A stretch of 64,000 bases of DNA from a virus (taxonomy: Duplodnaviria; Caudoviricetes), in the IMG/VR virus record IMGVR_UViG_3300049320_000001, positions 1 through 64,000 of that record; one strand, given 5' to 3'. A model generated the notes under the pieces. That model saw only the letters and a list, made by a program, of their open reading frames with translations. It did no database searches and was not told the origin of the DNA. Positions 51,893-60,580 of this stretch are shown here, in pieces. Each line of letters opens with the position of its first letter. Within the stretch, counting starts at the first letter, position 1. The translations under genes and the position numbers were made by a program.

Positions 51893-52180
51893 TCAACTGG
51901 TAGAGGTGGCGATCCAGATGAGTTCATGCTGCTCCTCTTGGAGGAGGAGGTTCATACGACTCTCCAGTGCGCTCCTCAACTGCTCGTAGGTGGTGCCTGT
52001 CGTGATGAACATCTTGTCCATCGCCTTGCGGAACTGCCTCTCTGCTCGAAGTCCGTGACGGGACCGTATGTGGCCGCTGAGGAGGTGATAGATCCTCGCC
52101 AACTGCTCCTTCTGGATGTCGTCGCCGGTCTTCGGGGGGATACGGACAGTGACCGTGTTGGTCTTGGTAGTCGCGTTCAT
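51893..52180 (-). CDS. Hypothetical protein
   Basis: First gene after the promoter at 52242-52271; RBS AAGGAAGG. Confidence 0.7.
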   Translation of the reverse strand: MNATTKTNTVTVRIPPKTGDDIQKEQLARIYHLLSGHIRSRHGLRAERQFRKAMDKMFITTGTTYEQLRSALESRMNLLLQEEQHELIWIATSTS

Positions 52181-52241
52181 CGTCTAAATCACCTTCCTTC
52201 CTGGGCAGGGGATACCGACACCTTTGGTCGGCGTGAGATAC

Positions 52242-52271
52242 ACCCTATCGCACCCTGCACACTCAAGGCAA
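52242..52271 (-). promoter_or_regulatory. Putative SigA/HrdB-type promoter
   Basis: TTGCCT-18-TAGGGT on the minus strand. Confidence 0.55.
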
Positions 52272-52400
52272 GGGTCTACAGCGTGTCACACCAAATCAGT
52301 CTTCGCAAAGATCAAACATAGTGTCTCTGCGCTACATGCAAGTAGCAGGCAGTGAACACTTGAGGCAGACATGGCACAGCCCCGCTCGGGGGCTGGCCCA

Positions 52401-52625
52401 CTACCTACCGGCGAGATCCTTCCGCTCCTTCTGCATCTGCGGGGTGTCCGCGTCCGATGCGTTCTCGGGGATGGTCTGCTTGACGGTCTCGTAGTGGGTG
52501 TCTCCGAACGGGGCTGTCTTGCCCTTGCTCCGCTTGGCCTTGATCGTGTCGAAGGCCACCCATCCGGCCCCCAGGACGAGGGCGAAGGTGACGAGTCGAG
52601 CGATGATCAATCCGAAGGTTCGCAT
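52401..52625 (-). CDS. Small membrane protein
   Basis: RBS AAGGAG; one TM helix. Confidence 0.7.
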   Translation of the reverse strand: MRTFGLIIARLVTFALVLGAGWVAFDTIKAKRSKGKTAPFGDTHYETVKQTIPENASDADTPQMQKERKDLAGR

Positions 52626-52671
52626 TGTGGGGCTCCTTTCAGTGGACAGTCTTTCTGCCTCACGTGTAAGG

Positions 52672-52700
52672 AGCATACCATCAAACACAGCGAAAGGCCA
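52672..52700 (-). promoter_or_regulatory. Putative extended -10 promoter
   Basis: TGGCCT-17-TATGCT with TG upstream of -10. Confidence 0.55.
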
Positions 52701-52729
52701 GTTCATCCCTCAAGAATGAACTGGCCTTT
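52693..52729. terminator. Intrinsic terminator
   Basis: AAAGGCCAGTTCAT/ATGAACTGGCCTTT perfect 14-bp stem. Confidence 0.85.
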
Positions 52730-52732
52730 GCT

Positions 52733-53086
52733 TCACGATGCTCGAAGCCCGTGACGTCGTTCTCGCTGATAGCAGGCGTTGCACTTGTGCTGCGCCGCGT
52801 ACTTGATGCCGTGACGCTTGCACACGATGCACTGATCTTCTCCTAGAACCATGAGTCTGGTGACGGTGAGCGGCCAGTCCTTGGTGACGTCCATGGCGAT
52901 TCCCGCTGTGGCTTCCTCGCTGTCCGTCCCGTTGTTGGCGACGATGTTGACGACCCACTGGTTTGTGGCGTCCACATGTAGCACCCTGAGACCGAACAGG
53001 AGATCACCCTCACGAACTTCGGATGCCTCCAGTCTGACTTCATCCGTGTATGTGACTACACGGTCTCTTTGGTGAACCATCTGCAC
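52733..53086 (-). CDS. Hypothetical protein with C-terminal Zn ribbon
   Basis: RBS AAGGAGG; CIVC..H..CNAC. Confidence 0.65.
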   Translation of the reverse strand: MQMVHQRDRVVTYTDEVRLEASEVREGDLLFGLRVLHVDATNQWVVNIVANNGTDSEEATAGIAMDVTKDWPLTVTRLMVLGEDQCIVCKRHGIKYAAQHKCNACYQRERRHGLRAS

Positions 53087-53114
53087 TGTGCTTACCTCCT
53101 TTCTAGTTAGAGAT

Positions 53115-53136
53115 AACTGACCTCGTCAGTTTACCA
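53115..53136 (-). promoter_or_regulatory. Extended -10 promoter overlapped by an operator-like palindrome
   Basis: TGG-TAAACT; AACTGAC-CTC-GTCAGTT inverted repeat at 53115-53131. Confidence 0.5.
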
Positions 53137-53156
53137 CGGAAATGAACAAACGACTA

Positions 53157-53189
53157 GACCCCGTACCCTCACGTGGTGAGTACGGGGTC
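53157..53189 (-). terminator. Intrinsic terminator
   Basis: GACCCCGTAC/GTACGGGGTC stem after the 53202 gene. Confidence 0.7.
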
Positions 53190-53201
53190 GTAGTCGATCA
53201 C

Positions 53202-53522
53202 TCAGGCGTTCGTCGTGATCTCCGGCTCGACCTGCTCCTTGGCGCGGGCGGCGACGGAACGGACCTTCTTGGAGGCCTTGCGAGCGACCCAGCCGATGGT
53301 CTCGTCCGGCGCGACCCTGAACGCCAGGACGACGGCTCCGGCAGTGAGGACCGGCTTCATGGTGTCCTCGAACTGCTTGACCTCCTGGTCGTTCCGTGCC
53401 GCCGCCCAGAGGCGACGTGCTCGACCCGTGGTGCTCTTGACCTCCTCGGTGGCCGTCTCGGCGTCCTGCTTGATGCCGTGGACAGTGGCCTTGCCGGGGA
53501 CCTTCGGCGTGTCTTCCGCCAT
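53202..53522 (-). CDS. Hypothetical protein
   Basis: RBS AAGGAG before ATG 53522; own promoter and terminator. Confidence 0.75.
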   Translation of the reverse strand: MAEDTPKVPGKATVHGIKQDAETATEEVKSTTGRARRLWAAARNDQEVKQFEDTMKPVLTAGAVVLAFRVAPDETIGWVARKASKKVRSVAARAKEQVEPEITTNA

Positions 53523-53572
53523 TGGTGTCTCCTTCATCATCCGCTGGACCTGTTGTCCTGCGGTATGCCTCA

Positions 53573-53601
53573 AGTGTAAACCAGTAGTAGGAAATAGTCA
53601 A
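53573..53601 (-). promoter_or_regulatory. SigA/HrdB-type promoter
   Basis: TTGACT-17-TACACT. Confidence 0.8.
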
Positions 53602-53605
53602 GGCG

Positions 53606-54696
53606 CAACAAAGCCCCGGCTACCTTTCGTATACCGTCGCCATCACTGGGCTTATACGGGGTCAGAAAGACCGGGGCTTTGTGCCTCTATGGGCTCGTAT
53701 GGTGCAGATAAGAAACCGCAGGCATGTCTTCTTCACCAGACTTCTGAACTTTCGGAGTCCCCACACCTCTCTCGATCCTCCCGGACCTGGCCTATTCATG
53801 GGGTTGGCTCACAGCGTCTGGCCTAGACGGCGGGGTTACCCGCAGGGTTCATGTTCCTCCTACTTCGCCGTATTCCGGATCGGTGGACTTCCTGGCCTCC
53901 TACACCACGGAGGCCCCATAGAAGAGCCCCCACCCGATGACAGATGGGGGCCGGTGCGCCAGGGGAGACTCGCACTCCCAGAGAACCTTGCCATGTTGAA
54001 GTTTGGTGGACTCGTGGCTCGGAGCCAACGAGCGGGGTGACAGTCGGTGCGACGTTGTGCACTGCACCGTATGGCCGTCTCTGGCGCTGTCAGACGAGGG
54101 AGAGCCACGTTGTGTCGCTGCGGCTAACGCTCAGTCGTAGAGCGATCCTTGCCGCGCTCTCCGTGCTGACCCAGTCATCATACCGCTCCAACCCGCTACA
54201 GCGCAACACCCCCACTGCTTGGGGCAAGTAGGGGTGTTGGCTTGGCGCAGGTACGGCTCAGGAACAGGATTCCGTCATGGCCGTCCTTCGAGCGGAGGCC
54301 CGCCCTCTTCTTAGAGACAGGAGGCTCGTTGACGCCTGAGGCAAGTCTACTGCACTTACCTATACATAGCAAAGGACCCCCAGAGGTCTCTTTGACGTGG
54401 GGGTCCGCCGTACATCAGGCGCTGGCTTGCTGTGTGCAACCTATCGGATACAGAGAACCCTACGGTTCCCCTGCCGGTTGAGCAGGGCCAGCCTTACCGG
54501 CTGCTCGGCCTGATCTTCCAGAGTGTCTCGTGTTCGCTCTGGGTTGATCGTGTGCCCTTTGGTCCAGGACTGGGCACTGCATCCTGCAACACTTCGCGGC
54601 TGTTGAAGCACCGGCCTCCTGGAAGATGAGGTCTTAGCGTCCGAGTGGAGAGCGTGTCTCCCTGGCGACCAGGGCCAATCTCCATTCCTCTAACGC
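53606..54696 (-). ncRNA. Candidate large structured non-coding RNA (about 1.1 kb), family unassigned
   Basis: Bounded by a consensus promoter and a terminator, no ORF with phage-like codon usage, many local and long-range helices with GNRA-type loops. Confidence 0.65.
53610..53680 (-). terminator. Long hairpin/terminator at the 3' end of the candidate ncRNA
   Basis: AAAGCCCCGG..CCGGGGCTTT closing nested CTTTC/GAAAG and CGTATA/TATACG helices, followed by TTTGTT. Confidence 0.7.
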
Positions 54697-54702
54697 ACCA
54701 CA

Positions 54703-54731
54703 AACATAACAGATACTGCCTCTATTGTCAA
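54703..54731 (-). promoter_or_regulatory. Strong SigA/HrdB-type promoter
   Basis: TTGACA-17-TATGTT. Confidence 0.85.
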
Positions 54732-54736
54732 ACGCG

Positions 54737-54763
54737 AAAGACCCCCTATTCCTAGGGGGTCCT
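54737..54763 (-). terminator. Intrinsic terminator
   Basis: GACCCCCT/AGGGGGTC stem just after the 54770 stop. Confidence 0.7.
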
Positions 54764-54769
54764 TAGCGG

Positions 54770-55141
54770 CTAGTCCTGCTCGAACAGGCTGTCCAGCAGG
54801 CTGACGGGCTTCTCGGCCTTGGCCGCAGCCATGGCCTTCTTCTCGTCGTAGTGCCGGTAGCAGTTCTTGTCCTTGCAGTCCTGCACGATGGTCCAGGGTC
54901 CGCACTTCTCGACCGGGCGGTTCTCCCAGAGGGTGATCTTGTAGTAGTGGTGCGCCGCGTTGTGGGCGTTGATGGCCTCGATGACCTGGTTGTAGGACTC
55001 CAGGGCCTTCGCCTCCTGGATGGCCCGGATTCGAGCCATCTCTGCGCGGTGCTTGCGGATCTGCTCTCGCTTCTCCGCTCGCTCCTGCTTGATCTCCTTC
55101 CGGATCTCACCGGCCGTCTCGATGACGTCCTTGAGTCCCAT
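54770..55141 (-). CDS. Hypothetical protein
   Basis: RBS AAGGAG before ATG 55141; coiled coil plus C..C..C..H. Confidence 0.75.
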   Translation of the reverse strand: MGLKDVIETAGEIRKEIKQERAEKREQIRKHRAEMARIRAIQEAKALESYNQVIEAINAHNAAHHYYKITLWENRPVEKCGPWTIVQDCKDKNCYRHYDEKKAMAAAKAEKPVSLLDSLFEQD

Positions 55142-55183
55142 GTAGATCAACTCCTTTAGTAGGGTGGTTTCTGATCTACAACT

Positions 55184-55212
55184 AACATAGCAGAATAGTT
55201 TACATTTGTCAA
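55184..55212 (-). promoter_or_regulatory. Strong SigA/HrdB-type promoter
   Basis: TTGACA-17-TATGTT. Confidence 0.85.
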
Positions 55213-55580
55213 GTGGTACGGTGGACTTTAGGGAGGGGGCTTGTGGCCCAGGCCACACAGGTGTAGACCTGTGGCCTCACAGCACGAAGGGCCTCCCTGG
55301 CAGGAGGCCCCTCTACGTGCAACCGCCCTAGGACGAGTAGGACGTAAGAGCATGATGCTCATAGACACCAGTTAGGTCAAGACCTTCCGGTGCAGGACCG
55401 ACACCGATGTCCAGAAGTCGGAACCAGGATTGACGTGGGGAAGCCAACACGCTGCGTCTCCTGCCATCGCCCAACTGTGTGCCTCTTTCACAGGACAAGG
55501 GCACGAACGAAGAGGACCATCAAGATGCTGCTGCTACAGGGGACCGGCTGCTGCAAGCCACTCCCCAGACTGGGGTACAC

Positions 55581-56861
55581 ATGTCACGTCATCCAGAGGA
55601 GATGCTGCTCTCGGCTCTGATCAACACCGGAGACGTACTGCAAGCGGAGAACCTCGGAGTCACCACAGGTCACTTCCACGAGTGGAAAGAAGCCTACGAG
55701 TGGCTCACCGACTACAAGATCAAGTACAAGACAGAACCAAGTAGGACAGCGTTCCTGTCAGCCTTCAAGGACTTCCCCTTCTCAGACCACGCGGATGTTG
55801 AGTACGCCGCAGATCAGGTCAAGAGGAGCCACCTCAAGTACGCCGTCACCCGGCTGATCCGGGAGACCTCAGGACACATCAAGGACGACGAGCCAGAGAC
55901 TGCTCTGGACCACCTCCACTCTCAGGCTCAGAAGATCGCTTCCAACATCGACACGAGCAACACCGTGGCGAACTCGATCACCGACTACTCCGCTTCCCTG
56001 GACTTCGCCCTGGAGAGGGCTGCCTCCGACGTACCTCTCGGTGTCCCCTTCGCACACCACACGGTTCAGGAGCGAACCCTGGGGATGTACGGGGGAGACC
56101 TCTGGATCAAGGCTGCACGTCTTGGCCAGGGCAAGACCTGGGACCTGGTCAACGACTCCTGTGCTGCTCTCATGGCTGGGAAGACCGTGCTGTTCAACTC
56201 GCTGGAGATGAACAAGCGGCAGATGGAGTACCGCTTCCAGACCGTGCTGGGTCAGATGCTCGGTCACAAGTTGACTAACGACCAGATCGCCAAGGGCAGG
56301 GGCCTGGACCTGCTGGAGTACAAGGCGATGCTCTCGGACATCTCCTCGCAGGTCCCTGGAACCCTGCTCATCAACGACCGTCGTCGTGGTCGTGTCACTG
56401 CTCGGACCCTCGCTGGTCAGGTGAACAAGCACGTCCCTGACATCGTGGTGATCGACTACCTGACGTTGATGAGTTCCTCCTCGACCAACAAGTTCTCGCA
56501 GTCGTGGGAGAACATCAGCCAGATCGTGGAGGAAGTGAAGGAAGTCGCCTGTCAGTTCGACATCCCCATCCTCACTGCTGCCCAGATCAACCGTGACGGT
56601 GAGAGGGGTGGGTGGCGTCCTCCCAAGGCTGTGAACCTCGCTGGCTCCGACTCCCTGGGTCGTGATGCCGACTGCGTGGTGACGATGAAGAGGTTCGGTA
56701 ACGGAGCAATGGTCTACTCACTGGAGAAGAACCGCCATGGTGCAGCAGGGGATGTCTGGTTCAGCAGGTTCGATCCCAACAACGGTGACTTCCGTGAGAT
56801 CACTCGCACAGAAGCGGAAGCGATCCTTGCCGAAGAGGGCGAGTTCGAGGACGAGGTATGA
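55581..56861 (+). CDS. dnaB: DnaB-like (SF4) replicative helicase
   Basis: AARLGQGKTW (Walker A), SLEM, VVIDYLTLM (Walker B), AAQINR, GSDSLGRDAD, LEKNRHG; start could be further upstream. Confidence 0.92.
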   Translation: MSRHPEEMLLSALINTGDVLQAENLGVTTGHFHEWKEAYEWLTDYKIKYKTEPSRTAFLSAFKDFPFSDHADVEYAADQVKRSHLKYAVTRLIRETSGHIKDDEPETALDHLHSQAQKIASNIDTSNTVANSITDYSASLDFALERAASDVPLGVPFAHHTVQERTLGMYGGDLWIKAARLGQGKTWDLVNDSCAALMAGKTVLFNSLEMNKRQMEYRFQTVLGQMLGHKLTNDQIAKGRGLDLLEYKAMLSDISSQVPGTLLINDRRRGRVTARTLAGQVNKHVPDIVVIDYLTLMSSSSTNKFSQSWENISQIVEEVKEVACQFDIPILTAAQINRDGERGGWRPPKAVNLAGSDSLGRDADCVVTMKRFGNGAMVYSLEKNRHGAAGDVWFSRFDPNNGDFREITRTEAEAILAEEGEFEDEV

Positions 56862-56925
56862 CGGGCTTGGCTTCCCACTAGAGGAGGTCTACCTCGCCAA
56901 GGCGGACGACCAGACCGTCAGGTTG

Positions 56926-57156
56926 ATGGCCCCAGGGTCGTTCCAGAAGTACGCGGCTTCTCGTGGCCTCACCGGCAAGACCACTGCCGAGTGGTTGGCC
57001 ATCGAGTGGTACGTCTACGAGTTGGAGACCTTCCAGTCCTGCCTGTCCTACGACGAGCGGGTGAAGTGGTTCAACTCCACCAAGTTCATCGCCAGTAACG
57101 CTGCTCCCTCAGCCAAGGAGGTCAAGGCATGTCGTGCAATGGATGTGGCTGTTTGA
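56926..57156 (+). CDS. Hypothetical protein, start uncertain
   Basis: Phage-like codon usage; frame open further upstream (see frameshift finding). Confidence 0.45.
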   Translation: MAPGSFQKYAASRGLTGKTTAEWLAIEWYVYELETFQSCLSYDERVKWFNSTKFIASNAAPSAKEVKACRAMDVAV

Positions 57157-57290
57157 TCGATGACAAGGAAGAGGCCATCGAGGTCTGCTGCGACAAGATG
57201 TACTGCCACGGGTGTGCAGTCCCCTTGACCCCAGCAATGAAGAGGTACGTCGATGAGACGTTCACTCCTCTTGCTCTTCCGGGGTTGTGA
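57129..57290 (+). CDS. Small Cys-rich protein (53 aa, absent from ORF track)
   Basis: MSCNGCGC..VCCDKMYCHGC; RBS AAGGAGG; TGA overlaps primase GTG. Confidence 0.6.
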   Translation: MSCNGCGCLIDDKEEAIEVCCDKMYCHGCAVPLTPAMKRYVDETFTPLALPGL

Positions 57291-58153
57291 ACCTCCGTGA
57301 TGCGATCCGTGACGTTCTCGGAGTCAGAGAAGTCCCTAATGAGGATGAGTGGCCTTCTCATTGCTTCCACCCTGCTCACAAGGATCGCAGTCCATCTGCA
57401 TCAGTCAACGTCGAGAAGGGACTCTGGTGCTGCTACTCCTGCGGTGCCGGAGGGCGTGTTGACGATCTGCTGCGAGGAGTGCGGATCAGTGACCCATCTC
57501 CTGATCGAAACCTAGAGGCTGTCGAGGAGGCACTCAGTGGAACTTTGCCACCACGGATCTTCCCAGAGTCATGGCTTGGGTTGTACCTGGCTGGAGATCG
57601 ACCGACTTACTGGCGATCACGCTTCAGTGACGCTGCGATTGACCACTTTGGCCTCGGCTTCGACTACGAGAGCGGATGCCCTACTTACCCGCTACGCAAC
57701 GAAGATGGCGCACTCATTGGCCTTGTCCGCCGTCGTCTCGAACCTGATGGACCAAAGTACGTCTACCCCCAACACATCAAGATCAGCGAACTTCTCTTCG
57801 GATGGGAGAAGTGGAACGACGACTTCGATGGACCCGTCGTTCTCGTTGAGGGAGCCATGGACGTCGTCGCGCTCTGGGAGGCAGGGGTCCCTGCACTCGG
57901 GATCTACGGCTCTCGGTTCTCTGAGCGGCAGGGCAAGATGGTGCGCTCTCTCTACCCCAAGTACGTCGTCTGCGCCTTCGACATGGACGCTGCCGGGGAC
58001 CAGGCCACCAAGCGGGTCTACGACCTCGTAGGGGACTACGTGACGGTCTACCGGGCCTCCTGGGACCCTGACGAAGCCAAGGATGTCGCGGAACTGTCGG
58101 AGGCACGGCGTAGACAGGTGATCGAAGAAGCGACACTCTTCCTGGACTCTTGA
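57287..58153 (+). CDS. dnaG: DNA primase (Zn finger plus Toprim)
   Basis: CFHPAHKDRSPS.SV..W.CYSCGAGG; VLVEGAMDV; FDMDAAG..A. Confidence 0.9.
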   Translation: MNLRDAIRDVLGVREVPNEDEWPSHCFHPAHKDRSPSASVNVEKGLWCCYSCGAGGRVDDLLRGVRISDPSPDRNLEAVEEALSGTLPPRIFPESWLGLYLAGDRPTYWRSRFSDAAIDHFGLGFDYESGCPTYPLRNEDGALIGLVRRRLEPDGPKYVYPQHIKISELLFGWEKWNDDFDGPVVLVEGAMDVVALWEAGVPALGIYGSRFSERQGKMVRSLYPKYVVCAFDMDAAGDQATKRVYDLVGDYVTVYRASWDPDEAKDVAELSEARRRQVIEEATLFLDS

Positions 58154-58216
58154 CGAGTGGCTCGGGTGGACGTAGGTTGAGCAGGTGGCAGTCAGTGCAG
58201 CAGACAGGAGCGGCTA

Positions 58217-58636
58217 GTGCTCAAGATCGTCAAGGACCAGGGCGTGGACACCCACAACCTGGACTGGGAGATCATGCAACTTCACGTGTTGAAGGAGCAG
58301 GCACTAGCCGCTTCTACTGCTGTTCAGCAGCAGGAAGAGAAGGTCATCGACCTGCTGCGCCTTGAGGGCAAGAAGACCTACAAGGCACGTGCGGTCAACT
58401 ACCGGGCCACGCTGGTGCAGGGAACGCGCACCAAGTACAACGAGGCCGGTCTCAAGAAGGCTCTCGGCGCGCCGCTGTGGAAGAAGGTCATCAAGACCTC
58501 GCTCGACACCAAGAAGTTGGAAGAGTTGGTGAAGGACGGGGAGATCGACATCCACGTGGTGGCTGAGAACAGCGAGGTGCTCGACAACAAGCCCTACGTG
58601 AGGGTGTCTCCTCTTACCGAGGACGACGATGAGTAG
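58217..58636 (+). CDS. Hypothetical replication-region protein
   Basis: RBS AGGAG; coiled coil then ..LD.KKLE..V..G.I..KPYVRV. Confidence 0.7.
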   Translation: MLKIVKDQGVDTHNLDWEIMQLHVLKEQALAASTAVQQQEEKVIDLLRLEGKKTYKARAVNYRATLVQGTRTKYNEAGLKKALGAPLWKKVIKTSLDTKKLEELVKDGEIDIHVVAENSEVLDNKPYVRVSPLTEDDDE

Positions 58637-58922
58637 GGAGTCCAGCGCCCGTTCCAGTGCTGTCTATCGGGAGAGGCGGCCTGACTTCTACGTCAAGCAT
58701 GTCGAAGATGTGCGGAAGTGGCGACAGAACAACCCAGATAAGTACAAGGCACACATCACTCTGAACAACGCAGTGAGGAGTGGAAAGGTCGTGAAGCCAA
58801 CTTGTTGTAGTAAGTGCAACAAGGAAGGTCGGATCGAGGGAAGTCACGACGACTACAACAAGCCTCTTGAAGTTGAGTGGCTCTGCCGTCAGTGCCACGC
58901 GGCTAAGGACTTCCCGGCATGA
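58629..58922 (+). CDS. HNH endonuclease-like protein
   Basis: CSKC..IEGSHDDYNKPLEVEWLCRQCH; atypical codon usage. Confidence 0.75.
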   Translation: MSRESSARSSAVYRERRPDFYVKHVEDVRKWRQNNPDKYKAHITLNNAVRSGKVVKPTCCSKCNKEGRIEGSHDDYNKPLEVEWLCRQCHAAKDFPA

Positions 58923-59329
58923 GTGACCTGTTTGCCGATGCTGCTGCATCCCTGACAGATCTACTCAAGGAGATGAAGGGCGTGAAGCCCACGTTCAAGG
59001 AGCCGCTGCTCACGCAGCCCAAGCCAGAACGGGTACCGGTGAAGCACGTGAAGAAGGAAGAGACTCCCAAGAAGGAGTCCCCCGTGATGACGTACGTGCG
59101 ATCCCTGCCCGGAGGCCCCTACAAGACGGCCATCGAGGTCGCCAACGAACTCAACATCTCGGTCCAGGCAGTGCGTAAGTACGCCAAGAACCCCGAGTTG
59201 AGCGCCCCATCCTTCACGGCCCCGTTCGGTCGGATCAGCATCCACTTGTACACCGATGAGGACGTGAAGGAGATCCATGACTACCTCGCCGCTCGGCGTC
59301 AGGTAGTTCCCACCAAGAAGACGCTCTAG
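58919..59329 (+). CDS. HTH DNA-binding protein (MerR/excisionase-like)
   Basis: TAIEVANELNISVQAVRKY..HLYTDEDV.EI. Confidence 0.7.
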   Translation: MSDLFADAAASLTDLLKEMKGVKPTFKEPLLTQPKPERVPVKHVKKEETPKKESPVMTYVRSLPGGPYKTAIEVANELNISVQAVRKYAKNPELSAPSFTAPFGRISIHLYTDEDVKEIHDYLAARRQVVPTKKTL

Positions 59330-59340
59330 GAGCAACGCAC

Positions 59341-59952
59341 ATGGGATTCAGCGAAGACGCAGGCAGCAACATCCGCGAGGACATCAAGCGGTCCAGTGGT
59401 CAGGGTGACTGGATCAAGAACCTCCAGGATGGCAAGGACTTGAGGGTGCGCTTCCTCAAGGACCCGGAGCAGTGGAAGAAGTACCGCGAGCACTACAGCG
59501 CGGAGACGAAGTTCTTCCCCTGCTCGGGAGACAAGTGCCCTGGGTGCAACTCGGACTCTGAGCAGTTGCGGAAGTCCTCCCGCCGCTACGTGGCCACTGT
59601 GCTGGATGTGAAGGAGGCCAAGGTCATCGCGCTCAAGTTGCCCGTCGATCTGGCCAACCGCCTCATCGGCAAGGCTGACCGCAACGGCGGCACCCTCCTC
59701 ACCAGGGACTATACCCTGATCCGCACCGGCAAGGGGCTGGACACGGTGTACGACGTGGAGCAGGAGGACAAGACCGAGGTGGACGTGACCCGCTACCTCG
59801 CGGATGCTCCTGACATCGAGGAGATGCTGGTGCAGGCCTACGAGGACGCCTTCGGGCCGACCAAGTGGGAACTGCCTCAGCCCCCTGTTCCTGTCGTGAC
59901 CAGCGATGACACCCAGGACCACAAGGGCTGGAGCAATCAGCCGTCTTTCTAG
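59341..59952 (+). CDS. ssDNA-binding protein (gp32-like)
   Basis: VRFL..Y.EHY..FFPC.GD.CPGC..RY...V.D..DY.L.R.GKGLDT.Y; acidic tail ending in PSF. Confidence 0.75.
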   Translation: MGFSEDAGSNIREDIKRSSGQGDWIKNLQDGKDLRVRFLKDPEQWKKYREHYSAETKFFPCSGDKCPGCNSDSEQLRKSSRRYVATVLDVKEAKVIALKLPVDLANRLIGKADRNGGTLLTRDYTLIRTGKGLDTVYDVEQEDKTEVDVTRYLADAPDIEEMLVQAYEDAFGPTKWELPQPPVPVVTSDDTQDHKGWSNQPSF

Positions 59953-59963
59953 GAGGCCAGGAG

Positions 59964-60179
59964 GTGTCGAGTGGGCCAGTAACCATGGCCCCACCTTCTG
60001 GCGACGAGGCGCAGGCTTCTCCTCCTAGCGAAGAGGTCATCTCGGAGGAGACTCTCCGTGCCATGACCTCAGAGCAACTGCGTGACCTGTGCTCCAAGAA
60101 CGGCGTCACCATCCCTGCTGAGGTGACAGACAAGGATCTGCTGGACTGGCTGCTGGCCGAGTTCGGCGTATCCGAATGA
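59964..60179 (+). CDS. Small SAP/HEH-like nucleic-acid-binding protein
   Basis: LRAMTSEQLRDLCSKNGV..KDLLDWLL. Confidence 0.55.
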   Translation: MSSGPVTMAPPSGDEAQASPPSEEVISEETLRAMTSEQLRDLCSKNGVTIPAEVTDKDLLDWLLAEFGVSE

Positions 60180-60496
60180 TCATTCTGACAACACGCTTCA
60201 TCAACAAGGTGGAGTTCACAGACACCTGTTGGATCTGGAAGGGTGCTGTCAGGGGATCGAAGATGAAGCACGGAGTGCTGCGGCGGAACAAGATCTACTA
60301 CGCAGCGCACAGGTGGGTGTACCTCCGTACTCGTGGCCCCATCCCAGACGGGTTGGTTGTCAGGCATAAGTGCGATGTACCTGTGTGTGTGAACCCGCAG
60401 CATCTGGAGTTGGGGACTCAGAAAGACAACATCCATGACATGTGGACACGTGGACGCGCCGCACCATACGGACGGCGCGGTCTGAGTCTCAAGTAG
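60176..60496 (+). CDS. HNH homing endonuclease
   Basis: CWIWKG..AHRW.Y..GPIP.GL.V.H.CD.P.CVNP.HL.LGT..DN..DM. Confidence 0.9.
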   Translation: MIILTTRFINKVEFTDTCWIWKGAVRGSKMKHGVLRRNKIYYAAHRWVYLRTRGPIPDGLVVRHKCDVPVCVNPQHLELGTQKDNIHDMWTRGRAAPYGRRGLSLK

Positions 60497-60580
60497 GAGT
60501 CCCGGACGACCGGGGGTGGAACCTTGGTCCATGGGATAGGGACAGGCGAGACGGTAGGGGAAGCCGGAGTCTGTCCCGCT

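Noticed and set aside
52377-52395. CAGCCCC/GGGGCTG hairpin as a terminator
   Set aside because: Lies after a gene stop but has no U-tract on either strand; possible but unsupported
53610-53680. Hammerhead or other self-cleaving ribozyme in the terminal hairpin
   Set aside because: CTGA is not followed by NGA and the three-stem core around GAAA is absent; treated as a terminator-like structure
53823-53852. Mini-ORF MNPAGNPAV after AGGAGG inside the candidate ncRNA
   Set aside because: Only 3 nt between SD and ATG and it lies in a hairpin; not supported as a gene, though ribosome profiling could revisit it
53606-54696. Assignment of the candidate ncRNA as tmRNA, RNase P RNA, or group I/II intron
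   Set aside because: No tRNA-like ends. GGAAGTCC only loosely resembles the RNase P P4 motif and its 3' partner is missing. GAGCCGTA lacks the rest of group II domain V. No flanking exons
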